From the IMG/VR virus record IMGVR_UViG_3300008450_011334, positions 1 through 25,801 of that record: 25,801 bases of DNA; one strand, given 5' to 3'. This stretch comes from a virus (Duplodnaviria > Caudoviricetes). A program made the position numbers and the translations under genes. How positions within the stretch are numbered: position 1 is the first letter of the stretch; each line of letters opens with the position of its first letter. This document shows positions 9,619 to 17,479 of the stretch, one piece after another. The notes below the pieces were generated by a model. That model was not told where the DNA came from. It did no database searches and saw nothing but the letters and a program-made list of their open reading frames with translations.

Positions 9619-10658
9619 AAAAAGCACTTATATTAGGTGGTGGTGGTTTTATAGGAGGCCACTTAGCCAAAAGACTCAAAGATGAAGGTTTTTGGGTTCG
9701 TATTGTAGATATTAAAGAAAAACACGAATATTGGAATCATGAAGACATTTGTCATGAATATATTTGTGGTGATTTAAGAGATCCTATGTTAGTATCTCGA
9801 ATAATGATGTCACCAAACCAAACCTCAGAATCGGATAATGTAAATTCATTTGATGAAGTATATCAATTAGCAGCTGATATGGGTGGTGCTGGTTATATTT
9901 TTACAGGTGAAAATGATGCAAATGTAATGCATAACTCAGCTTTGATTAATTTAAACGTTACTCATGAAGCCGCTAAAAAATCAGTTAAACGTGTATTTTA
10001 TAGTTCTTCAGCGTGCATGTATCCGGAGCACAATCAACTAGATCCTAATAATCCAAACTGTGAAGAATCATCAGCTTACCCAGCTAACCCCGATTCCGAA
10101 TACGGTTGGGAAAAATTATTTAGTGAACGTTTATTCTTAGCATTTAATCGTAATTATGGTTTAGATGTTCGAGTTGCTCGTTTCCATAATATTTTTGGTC
10201 CTATGGGAACATGGATTGGTGGTAAAGAAAAAGCACCAGCGGCAATGTGTAGAAAAGCAGCAGAAGTAGGAATGGATGAGTATATTGAAGTATGGGGAGA
10301 TGGTCAACAAACACGTTCTTTTCTATACATTGATGATTGTTTAGAAGCAGTACTTCGTTTTATGCGTCAAGATGATTTTAAAGGTCCTGTAAACATTGGT
10401 TCTGAAGAAATGGTTACAATTAACCAATTAGCAGAAATGGCTCTTGAAATTGCTAATAAAAAAGAAAGATCATATATTAAAAATATTGAAGGTGAAGAAT
10501 TCCAACTTAAATATGGATTTAGATGTCCTGTAGGAGTTAGAGGTAGAAACTCAGATAATAAACTTTTTAAAGAAAAAATGGGATGGGAACCTACCCAACC
10601 ACTTTATGAAGGTATAAGAAAAACATTTGAATGGATTAATAAACAAGTATACAAATAA
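9615..10658 (+). CDS. GDP-mannose 3,5-epimerase-like NAD-dependent epimerase
   Basis: GGGGFIG, LAADMGGAGYI, SSSACMYP, YGWEK, RFHNIFGP, EKAPAAMCRK, WGDGQQTRSFLYIDDC, GVRGRNSDN: the GME subfamily signature. Confidence 0.9.
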   Translation: MKKALILGGGGFIGGHLAKRLKDEGFWVRIVDIKEKHEYWNHEDICHEYICGDLRDPMLVSRIMMSPNQTSESDNVNSFDEVYQLAADMGGAGYIFTGENDANVMHNSALINLNVTHEAAKKSVKRVFYSSSACMYPEHNQLDPNNPNCEESSAYPANPDSEYGWEKLFSERLFLAFNRNYGLDVRVARFHNIFGPMGTWIGGKEKAPAAMCRKAAEVGMDEYIEVWGDGQQTRSFLYIDDCLEAVLRFMRQDDFKGPVNIGSEEMVTINQLAEMALEIANKKERSYIKNIEGEEFQLKYGFRCPVGVRGRNSDNKLFKEKMGWEPTQPLYEGIRKTFEWINKQVYK

Positions 10659-10659
10659 T

Positions 10660-11598
10660 ATGAATAAATTTATAGTTACAACTACTATTAATATCCCAAC
10701 ATTAGCTACTCTTAGATTTTGTAAGATAGCTCAAGAAAAGGATTGGACTTTTATTATTGTAGGTGATACAAAAACACCTCATGATCTATATAGAGAACTT
10801 GAATCAAAATACAGAAATGTAGTTTATCTCTCTCCAGAACAACAAGAACAATTCTACCCAGAATTAAGTGAAACTATTGGTTGGAGAAGTATTCAACGTA
10901 GAAATATTGGTTTTATATTTGCTTATGACCAAGGTGCTGATGTTGTAGCTACAATTGATGATGATAACATTCCTTATGATAATTGGGGTGATGAAGTATT
11001 TGTAGGACAAACTATTGAAATTGATAACTACAGTCATAGAGAATATGATGTATTTGATCCTATTTCACCTACTAACCATAATGATCTTTGGCATCGTGGT
11101 TACCCAATTGAGTATGTTCCTAGAAAAAATGATATTGAGTACTTAGGTAAAGTATATCGTGAGGTATTAATTCAAGCTGATTTCTGGGATGGTGATCCTG
11201 ATATTGATGCTTTATGTCGTCTAAGTAAGAAACCTGTTGCTAAATTTGATAGATTTGAGCCCTTTGGTTCTAATGAAATATCACCATTTAATTCACAAAA
11301 TACATTCTTAGCACGTAAAGTATTACCTTATTATGCTGTATTACCTCATGCTGGTAGGATGGATGATATTTGGGGAGCTTATATTGTACAACATTATTTC
11401 CCTAACTCAGTAATTTATAATAAAGCAAGTGTTTATCAAGCTCGTAATCCACAAGATCTAGTAACTAACTTAGAAAATGAAATAATTGGTTACCGAGGTA
11501 CTCTTAACTTGATAAATGATCTAGAACATTATTATTATCACCTACCTGAAGCTACTCAATGTTTCTGGGATGTTTATAGAAAACAATTTACAAAATGA
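10660..11598 (+). CDS. GT75-like protein (RGP/UDP-arabinopyranose mutase / STELLO-DUF288 family)
   Basis: IVTTTIN.PT, VGDTKTP, RRNIGF..A, TIDDDN, HRGYP, DPDIDA, FNSQNT, GRMDDIWG; ATG 10660 preferred over TTG 10627. Confidence 0.8.
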   Translation: MNKFIVTTTINIPTLATLRFCKIAQEKDWTFIIVGDTKTPHDLYRELESKYRNVVYLSPEQQEQFYPELSETIGWRSIQRRNIGFIFAYDQGADVVATIDDDNIPYDNWGDEVFVGQTIEIDNYSHREYDVFDPISPTNHNDLWHRGYPIEYVPRKNDIEYLGKVYREVLIQADFWDGDPDIDALCRLSKKPVAKFDRFEPFGSNEISPFNSQNTFLARKVLPYYAVLPHAGRMDDIWGAYIVQHYFPNSVIYNKASVYQARNPQDLVTNLENEIIGYRGTLNLINDLEHYYYHLPEATQCFWDVYRKQFTK

Positions 11599-12473
11599 AA
11601 ATAACAGCAATAATAGTATCTAGAAATGATAACTACGGCGGTCATTTGAATGAACGAGCAACATACGCTATTAATTCAGCAATTAACACTTATGATGAGG
11701 TAATCTATGTAGATTGGAATTCACCAACTCATAGTCTTCTTTGGGATATTCAAGACAATCTCCAGTTAAAGGGTAATCTTAAACATTTTGTTATTCCTCC
11801 TTCAGCTGCCTCTCATCTTACTAGATTTGATTCGCATGCTCAATTATGTTGTGAAGTATTAGCTAGAAATATAGGTATTCGCAGATCAACAGGTGATTAT
11901 ATAGTTTCTACTAATATTGATATTATCCATCCAAAACGAGAAGATATCGAAAAAATAATTAATGATAGTGATGGTAATACTATGATTACTTTAAGTCGTA
12001 GAGAAGTTACTTGGGATATTATTAAAGAATTCCATGGTGGTGAAATGAAATATCAAGAATGGGATAAGTTAAGAGATTATATTTATGTTAATTCTGAAAA
12101 ACGAATGGTTGAAGAAAAAACAGTTAATGGAGATGATTATAGTTTAATTAACTGTTGTGGAGATTTTCAAATCGCTCCTAAACATATTTGGGATGAAATT
12201 AAAGGTTTTGAAGAAGATTTAATTTATCCTTTATATGCTGATACTAATGTCCAAAAGAAATCCGTTAAACATGGTTTTGGTTTAAAAGCAATTTTTGATC
12301 CACCAATGTTTCATATTAATCACGGTTCTAAAGGATGGGGCGGTGGTGGATTTGCTGAAGGTATTAATAAAAAAGCAAATGACAACCATAGAGCAGTTAC
12401 ATTCCAAGAAAAAACAGAAAATCTAGACACTTGGGGATTTTCAGATATAGAGATTGAACACGAAATTATTTAA
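11595..12473 (+). CDS. GT2-like glycosyltransferase
   Basis: SRNDNYGG, EVIYVDWNS, ARNIGIRRSTGDYIVSTNIDI, GDFQ, GFEE.L, FHINH. Confidence 0.8.
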   Translation: MKITAIIVSRNDNYGGHLNERATYAINSAINTYDEVIYVDWNSPTHSLLWDIQDNLQLKGNLKHFVIPPSAASHLTRFDSHAQLCCEVLARNIGIRRSTGDYIVSTNIDIIHPKREDIEKIINDSDGNTMITLSRREVTWDIIKEFHGGEMKYQEWDKLRDYIYVNSEKRMVEEKTVNGDDYSLINCCGDFQIAPKHIWDEIKGFEEDLIYPLYADTNVQKKSVKHGFGLKAIFDPPMFHINHGSKGWGGGGFAEGINKKANDNHRAVTFQEKTENLDTWGFSDIEIEHEII

Positions 12474-12478
12474 TTAAA

Positions 12479-12508
12479 TTTGGAAATTTAAATTTTATTC
12501 ATTATATT
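12479..12508 (+). promoter_or_regulatory. TTTGG-N19-TATATT promoter-like element
   Basis: TTTGG 12479-83, TATATT 12503-08; intergenic, 12 nt before ATG 12521. Confidence 0.65.
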
Positions 12509-12520
12509 AACAACAAAATT

Positions 12521-12679
12521 ATGGTATTTGGATTTTATAGTAAAACAGATAAAAAAGAAGAAATAATTAATCGGAGGGTAGGATTTTCTCGTTTAGAGGC
12601 AGCTAAATATTTTGCTGATCGTAAACAATTAGATCTTAAAACTTTCTTAAAATTATACGCTGTTAAAACACTTATATGA
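12521..12679 (+). CDS. Small hypothetical protein, 52 aa (not in ORF track)
   Basis: MVFGFYSKTDKKEEIINRRVGFSRLEAAKYFADRKQLDLKTFLKLYAVKTLI*; follows a promoter motif and has an ATGA overlap with the next gene. Confidence 0.8.
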   Translation: MVFGFYSKTDKKEEIINRRVGFSRLEAAKYFADRKQLDLKTFLKLYAVKTLI

Positions 12680-13047
12680 AACCATTTGGTAAAAATATTA
12701 ATATTAAAAAACGTAACGACGAACCAACTGAAAAGGAAGTATTCCTAGATATTATCCAATTAGTTGATGATTGTTGGAAACGTTCTAATTTTATGGAGGA
12801 AGAGATGAATTTAGGTATTTCATCATATGAAGAATCTTTTTATCTTATTATTGAAAATTTAATATTTTTACATTATGGTGAATGGAAGGGTAATATAATT
12901 TTATGGTGGTTATTTGAACGTCTTAATGATGAAGGAGAATTACTCCCTATAGAAGTTACATTCCACGAAAAAGAAATAACAGAAGAACACTTAATTGAAA
13001 ACCCAGAACAACTTTGGGACTTACTAAAAAAAATCGAATTTAAATAA
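12676..13047 (+). CDS. Hypothetical protein
   Basis: 123 aa acidic ORF with IILWWLFE and EQLWDLL motifs; coupled to the upstream ORF. Confidence 0.75.
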   Translation: MKPFGKNINIKKRNDEPTEKEVFLDIIQLVDDCWKRSNFMEEEMNLGISSYEESFYLIIENLIFLHYGEWKGNIILWWLFERLNDEGELLPIEVTFHEKEITEEHLIENPEQLWDLLKKIEFK

Positions 13048-13060
13048 AAGTTATATAATT

Positions 13061-13372
13061 ATGGTTATGGCAAAGTATTGCAAAGGATGTGGTGAACAAA
13101 TCCACCCGAAACGTGTAGAAATTCTCCCTAATACAACTACTTGCGTAGATTGTTCCAACACAGGCATGAAACGTGGAGTTACAGTCTTAAATGGAGACGT
13201 TGAAAAAGATGATACTTGGGTAGACATTGTGTTTATGGAACCTGAGGATTATGAACACTACATGGAACAAGAAGGAAAATTAAAACGCATAGTAGCTAGT
13301 TCTCCTAAAGCAGAAGTACAAGATTTTGATGGAGAATCAAATGACCCAGTACAACCTAATTTTGATGAATAA
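13061..13372 (+). CDS. DksA/TraR-type C4 zinc-finger protein
   Basis: CKGCGEQIHPKRVEILPNTTTCVDC matches CxxCGxxIxxxRLxxxPxxxxCxxC. Confidence 0.85.
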   Translation: MVMAKYCKGCGEQIHPKRVEILPNTTTCVDCSNTGMKRGVTVLNGDVEKDDTWVDIVFMEPEDYEHYMEQEGKLKRIVASSPKAEVQDFDGESNDPVQPNFDE

Positions 13373-14016
13373 TGCCTAAAGCAAAACCACTTGGTAAAGA
13401 ACTAATTTTAGCTGCTATGGCTAAAACTAAATCAAATAAGGCCGCTGCGCGTTATTTGAATTGTTCTTATATACATTACAAAATGTGGGCTAGGAGGTAT
13501 GAAGCAACTGAACCTGGTTATCCTAATCTATTTGAACAACATAAAAATCAATCAGGTAAAGGTATTCCTAAGTTTTTAAGTAATGGTAATCCAAGAAAAG
13601 ATTTTGCTTTACTTGACTTAATTGAAGGTAGAATAGATCCATCTTCATTTAACCCTAATAAAATCAAATATAGATTATTACAAGAGGGTTATATGAAGGA
13701 GGAATGTTATTCGTGTGGATTCCACGAGCATCGCTTATTAGACTATAAAATGCCACTTTTAATGCATTTTAAAGACGGAAACAAACAACATTATCGTCTT
13801 GAAAACCTAGAAATGCTTTGTTATAATTGCTATTTCCTCCAGATTGGAGACATATTTAGCGACAAACAACTTGAAGGTTTAGAAGAGCATTTAATTAAAA
13901 ATGAATCTAAAGTTGATTGGGAAGTAGATGATTATACTCAACAACGACTTAAAGAATTAGGATTATATGAACCTAAACCAGTTGATGATGGTAGTGAATT
14001 TATCTCTAGAATATGA
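13372..14016 (+). CDS. HTH + degenerate HNH-like zinc-binding protein
   Basis: SNKAAARYLNCSY (HTH-like); CYSCG...LLMHFKDGNKQHYRLENLEMLCYNCY. Confidence 0.75.
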   Translation: MPKAKPLGKELILAAMAKTKSNKAAARYLNCSYIHYKMWARRYEATEPGYPNLFEQHKNQSGKGIPKFLSNGNPRKDFALLDLIEGRIDPSSFNPNKIKYRLLQEGYMKEECYSCGFHEHRLLDYKMPLLMHFKDGNKQHYRLENLEMLCYNCYFLQIGDIFSDKQLEGLEEHLIKNESKVDWEVDDYTQQRLKELGLYEPKPVDDGSEFISRI

Positions 14017-14201
14017 AAAAGAAGCGAGTACCATTACTAAAGAAAAACAAAAACAAAAAACACGATGCTATTGTAAATGACTTTGATGTTCAAAAACAAA
14101 AACATCTTGAAAAATTAGCTACTAAAACTCTTGAAGAACAAGAAAAACTTAGTAGACTAAAAGAAAAAAACATTAACACAGACTTCTTTAAATTATTTTA
14201 A
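14013..14201 (+). CDS. Small basic hypothetical protein
   Basis: 62 aa, Lys-rich N-terminus, ATGA overlap. Confidence 0.7.
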   Translation: MKKKRVPLLKKNKNKKHDAIVNDFDVQKQKHLEKLATKTLEEQEKLSRLKEKNINTDFFKLF

Positions 14202-14203
14202 TT

Positions 14204-14545
14204 ATGGCAGTTGAAATCACAGTACAAAACACAGATGAATTCCAGGAAATGGTAGACAATAAAGACTTTCGTCTTTCAGAAGCTATTGTAAGTGGAATTT
14301 TAAATAATATTAATGGTAAAAAGAAACACGTCCATGTATTATCTATAACTTGTTTAGAAGAAGAAGAAATTTATGATATTACTGTTGAACGTAAATATTT
14401 TGCCGAAACACTAGAGGAAAATTTACCGTATTATGTTCGTGAGGAACGTTATGAAGAATGCCAAAAAATAGTTAATATTATAAACGAATTAAAAAATCAA
14501 GATATTTCAACTATTGTAAATGAAATATCAAAATCCAAAAAATAA
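14204..14545 (+). CDS. Hypothetical protein with C-terminal UVR-like motif
   Basis: EERYEECQKIVN resembles the UvrB/C (UVR) E.YE.A motif. Confidence 0.65.
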   Translation: MAVEITVQNTDEFQEMVDNKDFRLSEAIVSGILNNINGKKKHVHVLSITCLEEEEIYDITVERKYFAETLEENLPYYVREERYEECQKIVNIINELKNQDISTIVNEISKSKK

Positions 14546-14575
14546 TTTGGTTCCCCAAATCTTTTTTTGTATATT
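14546..14575 (+). promoter_or_regulatory. TTTGG-N19-TATATT promoter-like element
   Basis: TTTGG 14546-50, TATATT 14570-75; leader AATAAAAGTTATG. Confidence 0.7.
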
Positions 14576-14592
14576 ACCCAAAAATAAAAGTT

Positions 14593-15156
14593 ATGTTTTA
14601 TAAGTACGACAAAGAACACCTGATCTGGAAACGTGATTGGAAAAAAATGAAAATCGCTCTAAGTACCGTTATTGTACTATTAGTTATCTCATTTAGCTTG
14701 GGACGCTTAATTCGTATCCAAGCATTAGATAAGTATGAACGTGAATTACTTGTGTTGAGTCTTGAAAAAGAAAAAACCAAATTTACAAAAGAGAAATTTG
14801 CTAACGAACTAAAACGTTTAAATGTTAAATTTCCTCATATTGTAATGGCTCAATCAATTATTGAGACAGGTAATTTTAAAAGTAAAGTATTTAAAGAAAA
14901 CAATAACTTGTTTGGAATGAAACAAGCAAATGTTCGAATTAATACTGCTAAGGGTACTCAAAATAACCATGCCTATTATGATGATTGGTATCAATCAGTT
15001 TATGATTATGCTTTTTATCAGTGCCGTTATTTAGGTGGAATTGATACTGAAGAAGAATATTATTTGTATTTGGGTCAAAACTATGCTGAAGCAGGTAATT
15101 ATGTTGAAGTAGTTAAAGCAACTGTGCAAAGAGAAAAACTTAAAGATCTGTTTTGA
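14593..15156 (+). CDS. Membrane-anchored GH73-type glucosaminidase (peptidoglycan hydrolase)
   Basis: N-terminal TM IALSTVIVLLVISFSLG; AQSIIETG.F.S..F...NNLFGMK, Y..W..SV.DY, YAE...Y. Confidence 0.85.
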   Translation: MFYKYDKEHLIWKRDWKKMKIALSTVIVLLVISFSLGRLIRIQALDKYERELLVLSLEKEKTKFTKEKFANELKRLNVKFPHIVMAQSIIETGNFKSKVFKENNNLFGMKQANVRINTAKGTQNNHAYYDDWYQSVYDYAFYQCRYLGGIDTEEEYYLYLGQNYAEAGNYVEVVKATVQREKLKDLF

Positions 15157-15163
15157 TATGTAT
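15156..15163 (+). promoter_or_regulatory. ATATGTAT variant of the ATATTTAT motif, followed by an imperfect hairpin (15162-15186)
   Basis: Begins at the last base of the GH73 stop codon, 29 nt upstream of ATG 15193; ATTAGGG...CCCTAAT inverted repeat directly after. Confidence 0.4.
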
Positions 15164-15192
15164 TAGGGTATATTTTAACCCCTAATCAGTCA

Positions 15193-15339
15193 ATGGCAAA
15201 AGCAAAGTCGCAAACAATTGCAACAAAAAAAGAAAAACCCAAAGTTTCACGTCCTGGAGTTCATGCAAAAACAAAAATTAGTAAATTAAAACAAAGTAAA
15301 AACTATAAAAAATTGTCAGTAGGACAAGGTAAAAATTAA
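15193..15339 (+). CDS. Small highly basic protein, 48 aa (not in ORF track)
   Basis: MAKAKSQTIATKKEKPKVSRPGVHAKTKISKLKQSKNYKKLSVGQGKN*. Confidence 0.8.
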   Translation: MAKAKSQTIATKKEKPKVSRPGVHAKTKISKLKQSKNYKKLSVGQGKN

Positions 15340-15341
15340 TT

Positions 15342-15458
15342 ATGGCAAGCTCAGTAAAAAAAAGAATATTGGGTGCGAAGCCAAAAAGCCGTAAAGCCCA
15401 ACTGAAGTTTATTAAAAGAATGGAAGCTAATAATAAAGTTCTTAACAACCTAAAATAA
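15342..15458 (+). CDS. Small basic protein, 38 aa (not in ORF track)
   Basis: MASSVKKRILGAKPKSRKAQLKFIKRMEANNKVLNNLK*; starts 2 nt after the previous stop. Confidence 0.65.
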   Translation: MASSVKKRILGAKPKSRKAQLKFIKRMEANNKVLNNLK

Positions 15459-15477
15459 ATTTAAATTAAATTAAGTT

Positions 15478-15606
15478 ATGAGTAAAACTAGTAATCGCGC
15501 AAAATTAGACTGCTTAAAAATTTGGTTAAGCGATCGTAAGATTAAACCCAAAAAGAAAAATACACAACCCACTTGGTTAAAAGAGTTGTACGAGGATGAA
15601 GATTGA
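15478..15606 (+). CDS. Small hypothetical protein, 42 aa (not in ORF track)
   Basis: MSKTSNRAKLDCLKIWLSDRKIKPKKKNTQPTWLKELYEDED*; AAGTTATG start context as in other genes; overlaps the next start. Confidence 0.7.
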   Translation: MSKTSNRAKLDCLKIWLSDRKIKPKKKNTQPTWLKELYEDED

Positions 15607-15778
15607 TGGAAACGCAATCGACTTTTTTAACTCTATCCCTGACGACATTTTAGCTAAAATAGCGTTTTATGATTGGGAGGCATTAGAGCGTCTTTGTATT
15701 GCTTTAAGTTTAGATATACAGTTATTAAAAGAATCTGAAATAGATGAAAGTTCTAGTGATAGGGGAAACCTGTGTTGA
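15596..15778 (+). CDS. Hypothetical protein
   Basis: 60 aa ORF overlapping both neighbours. Confidence 0.65.
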   Translation: MKIDGNAIDFFNSIPDDILAKIAFYDWEALERLCIALSLDIQLLKESEIDESSSDRGNLC

Positions 15779-16478
15779 TAAATTTGTTTATTGTAAAATA
15801 AATAGATTATCTCCTGAGGCACCAGTACCCATTTTAACTCCGTGTAAAACCACTAAAAACTCGGGTATGGCCGGTAATGTGGTTGCTAATTTAAAAGCAT
15901 TAGAACCTAATTACATCACTATGCTTTTAGGACAAACTGAGGTTATTACTAAAACTCGTTATGTAGAGGAAAAATCTAACCATATGTTTCTTAGACTTGA
16001 TGAAGGTGAAGAAAACATAACCCCTATCAAATGGACTAAAGATTTTGAAACCATCATTAAAGATTCAGATTTAGTAATTGTAAGTGATTATAATAAAGGA
16101 TTTTTAGATACTACCAGTTTATGGAATATTGGTCATTTATCTAAATTATCTATTTTAGATACTAAACGTAAACTAACCCCCGATATAGCTAATAAATTTT
16201 CATTTATTAAATTAAATGAAAGTGAATCTAAAAATAATCAACATTTGGACCCTAAAAATATTATTGTTACTTTAGGTTCTCAAGGAGCTTATTATAATGG
16301 TGAATTAATCCCTCAAAATAATCCCCAACAAACAATAGATGTTTCAGGGGCGGGAGATACATTTGTAGCAGCTTTTGCTGTTAAATTTTTAGAAACATTA
16401 GAAGAAAAAGTTTCAATTGAATACGCTAATAAAATATCTAGTATAGTAGTAAGTAAAAGAGGAGTAGTAACCCCATGA
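15744..16478 (+). CDS. PfkB-family kinase, HldE/RfaE domain I (heptose-7-phosphate kinase-like)
   Basis: VLVIGE..VD, RLSPEAPVP, GMAGNVVANL, KTR, SDYNKG, DVSGAGDT. Confidence 0.9.
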   Translation: MKVLVIGETCVDKFVYCKINRLSPEAPVPILTPCKTTKNSGMAGNVVANLKALEPNYITMLLGQTEVITKTRYVEEKSNHMFLRLDEGEENITPIKWTKDFETIIKDSDLVIVSDYNKGFLDTTSLWNIGHLSKLSILDTKRKLTPDIANKFSFIKLNESESKNNQHLDPKNIIVTLGSQGAYYNGELIPQNNPQQTIDVSGAGDTFVAAFAVKFLETLEEKVSIEYANKISSIVVSKRGVVTP

Positions 16479-17422
16479 AAACATTTGAATTAGTAAATTA
16501 CAACTTTGACGAACAACGAATTGACTTTCGTGTCCAGTATCCTTTAAAAGATGGTTATATTATAGCTAAAGACATTGATTTAGAAGCTACAATATATAAG
16601 ATGAAATTATGGAATGTACAACCTGATTTGTATGTTTTTTTTCAACCTACTCCTAAACACGGGTTTGACTTTGGTAGAGAAGATTTTGGTGGTTTTATAT
16701 TTGAGTTGATTGATGAAGGTGTAGTATTAGATAGAATTATATTGCGTTTTAGGTATACTAATCTATACAAATATAAACAAAATATAAATGATTTTTATCA
16801 TCCATCATTTGTTAATTACAGAGAATTTTTTGTATATGATAAATACAAAGATTTTGATTTAAATAATTGTGAAAAAACAATTGATGCTGGAGCTAGTGTA
16901 GGTTTATTTACACAGTATATTTTAAATCGTGGAGCAAAACAAGTATGTTCAATCGAATGTGATGATAGAAGTGTTAAAGCACTAACAGGAAATTTTTATA
17001 GTAATCCTAACGTAACAATCATCCCTAAAGCATTATCTGGAGAAGAAGGTGATATTACCCTATATTGGAAAGAAGATAATCCACTTATCTCAACATTAGA
17101 TCTTCACCATAGTGAATTTGCTTATTCAGAAAACCCAAATTCTAAAACAATCCCATGTACAACACTAGAACGAGTTATAAGTAATTTAGGGTGGGATAAA
17201 ATAGATCTATTAAAACTAGATATTGAAGGAGCAGAATGGGATGTTATTGATAGTACTCCTAACTCATTATTTGAGATAACGTCTAAAATTCTTATGGAAT
17301 ATCATAGTCCAAATGGTCGTTTAAATGATGTGATCGAAAGATTTAATTCACTTGGATTTAAACATAAGTTTGAAGATGGTAGTTTTGTAGACAGTGAAAA
17401 CGGAACAATTTTCTTTTATTAA
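16475..17422 (+). CDS. FkbM-family SAM-dependent methyltransferase with uncharacterised N-terminal domain
   Basis: IDAGASVGLF, KIDLLKLDIEGAEW, LMEYH; about 110 extra N-terminal residues. Confidence 0.9.
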   Translation: MKTFELVNYNFDEQRIDFRVQYPLKDGYIIAKDIDLEATIYKMKLWNVQPDLYVFFQPTPKHGFDFGREDFGGFIFELIDEGVVLDRIILRFRYTNLYKYKQNINDFYHPSFVNYREFFVYDKYKDFDLNNCEKTIDAGASVGLFTQYILNRGAKQVCSIECDDRSVKALTGNFYSNPNVTIIPKALSGEEGDITLYWKEDNPLISTLDLHHSEFAYSENPNSKTIPCTTLERVISNLGWDKIDLLKLDIEGAEWDVIDSTPNSLFEITSKILMEYHSPNGRLNDVIERFNSLGFKHKFEDGSFVDSENGTIFFY

Positions 17423-17425
17423 AAA

Positions 17426-17455
17426 TTTGGCTTCCTGAAATTTCTTTCGTACATT
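17426..17455 (+). promoter_or_regulatory. TTTGG-N19-TACATT promoter-like element
   Basis: TTTGG 17426-30, TACATT 17450-55; intergenic. Confidence 0.75.
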
Positions 17456-17456
17456 T

Positions 17457-17479
17457 ACGACATAGAAATAAAGGTTATG
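17457..17479 (+). repeat. 23-bp direct repeat, copy 1 (ACGACATAGAAATAAAGGTTATG), leader + start codon
   Basis: Identical to 19902-19924. Confidence 0.9.

Noticed and set aside
12079-12086. ATATTTAT inside the GT2-like gene
   Set aside because: Mid-CDS and far from any start codon; expected by chance in AT-rich DNA.
3267-12473. Bacterial O-antigen/capsule locus or GtrABC serotype-conversion cassette
   Set aside because: No Wzx/Wzy/Wzz, ABC exporter, polyprenyl-phosphate transferase or multi-TM protein; flanked by phage-type genes.
15157-15600. Apparent ORF-free gap (also 12474-12675 and 20716-20835) as possible tRNA/ncRNA site
   Set aside because: Each gap is tiled by sub-60-aa ORFs with normal start contexts; no cloverleaf or T-loop pattern was seen.
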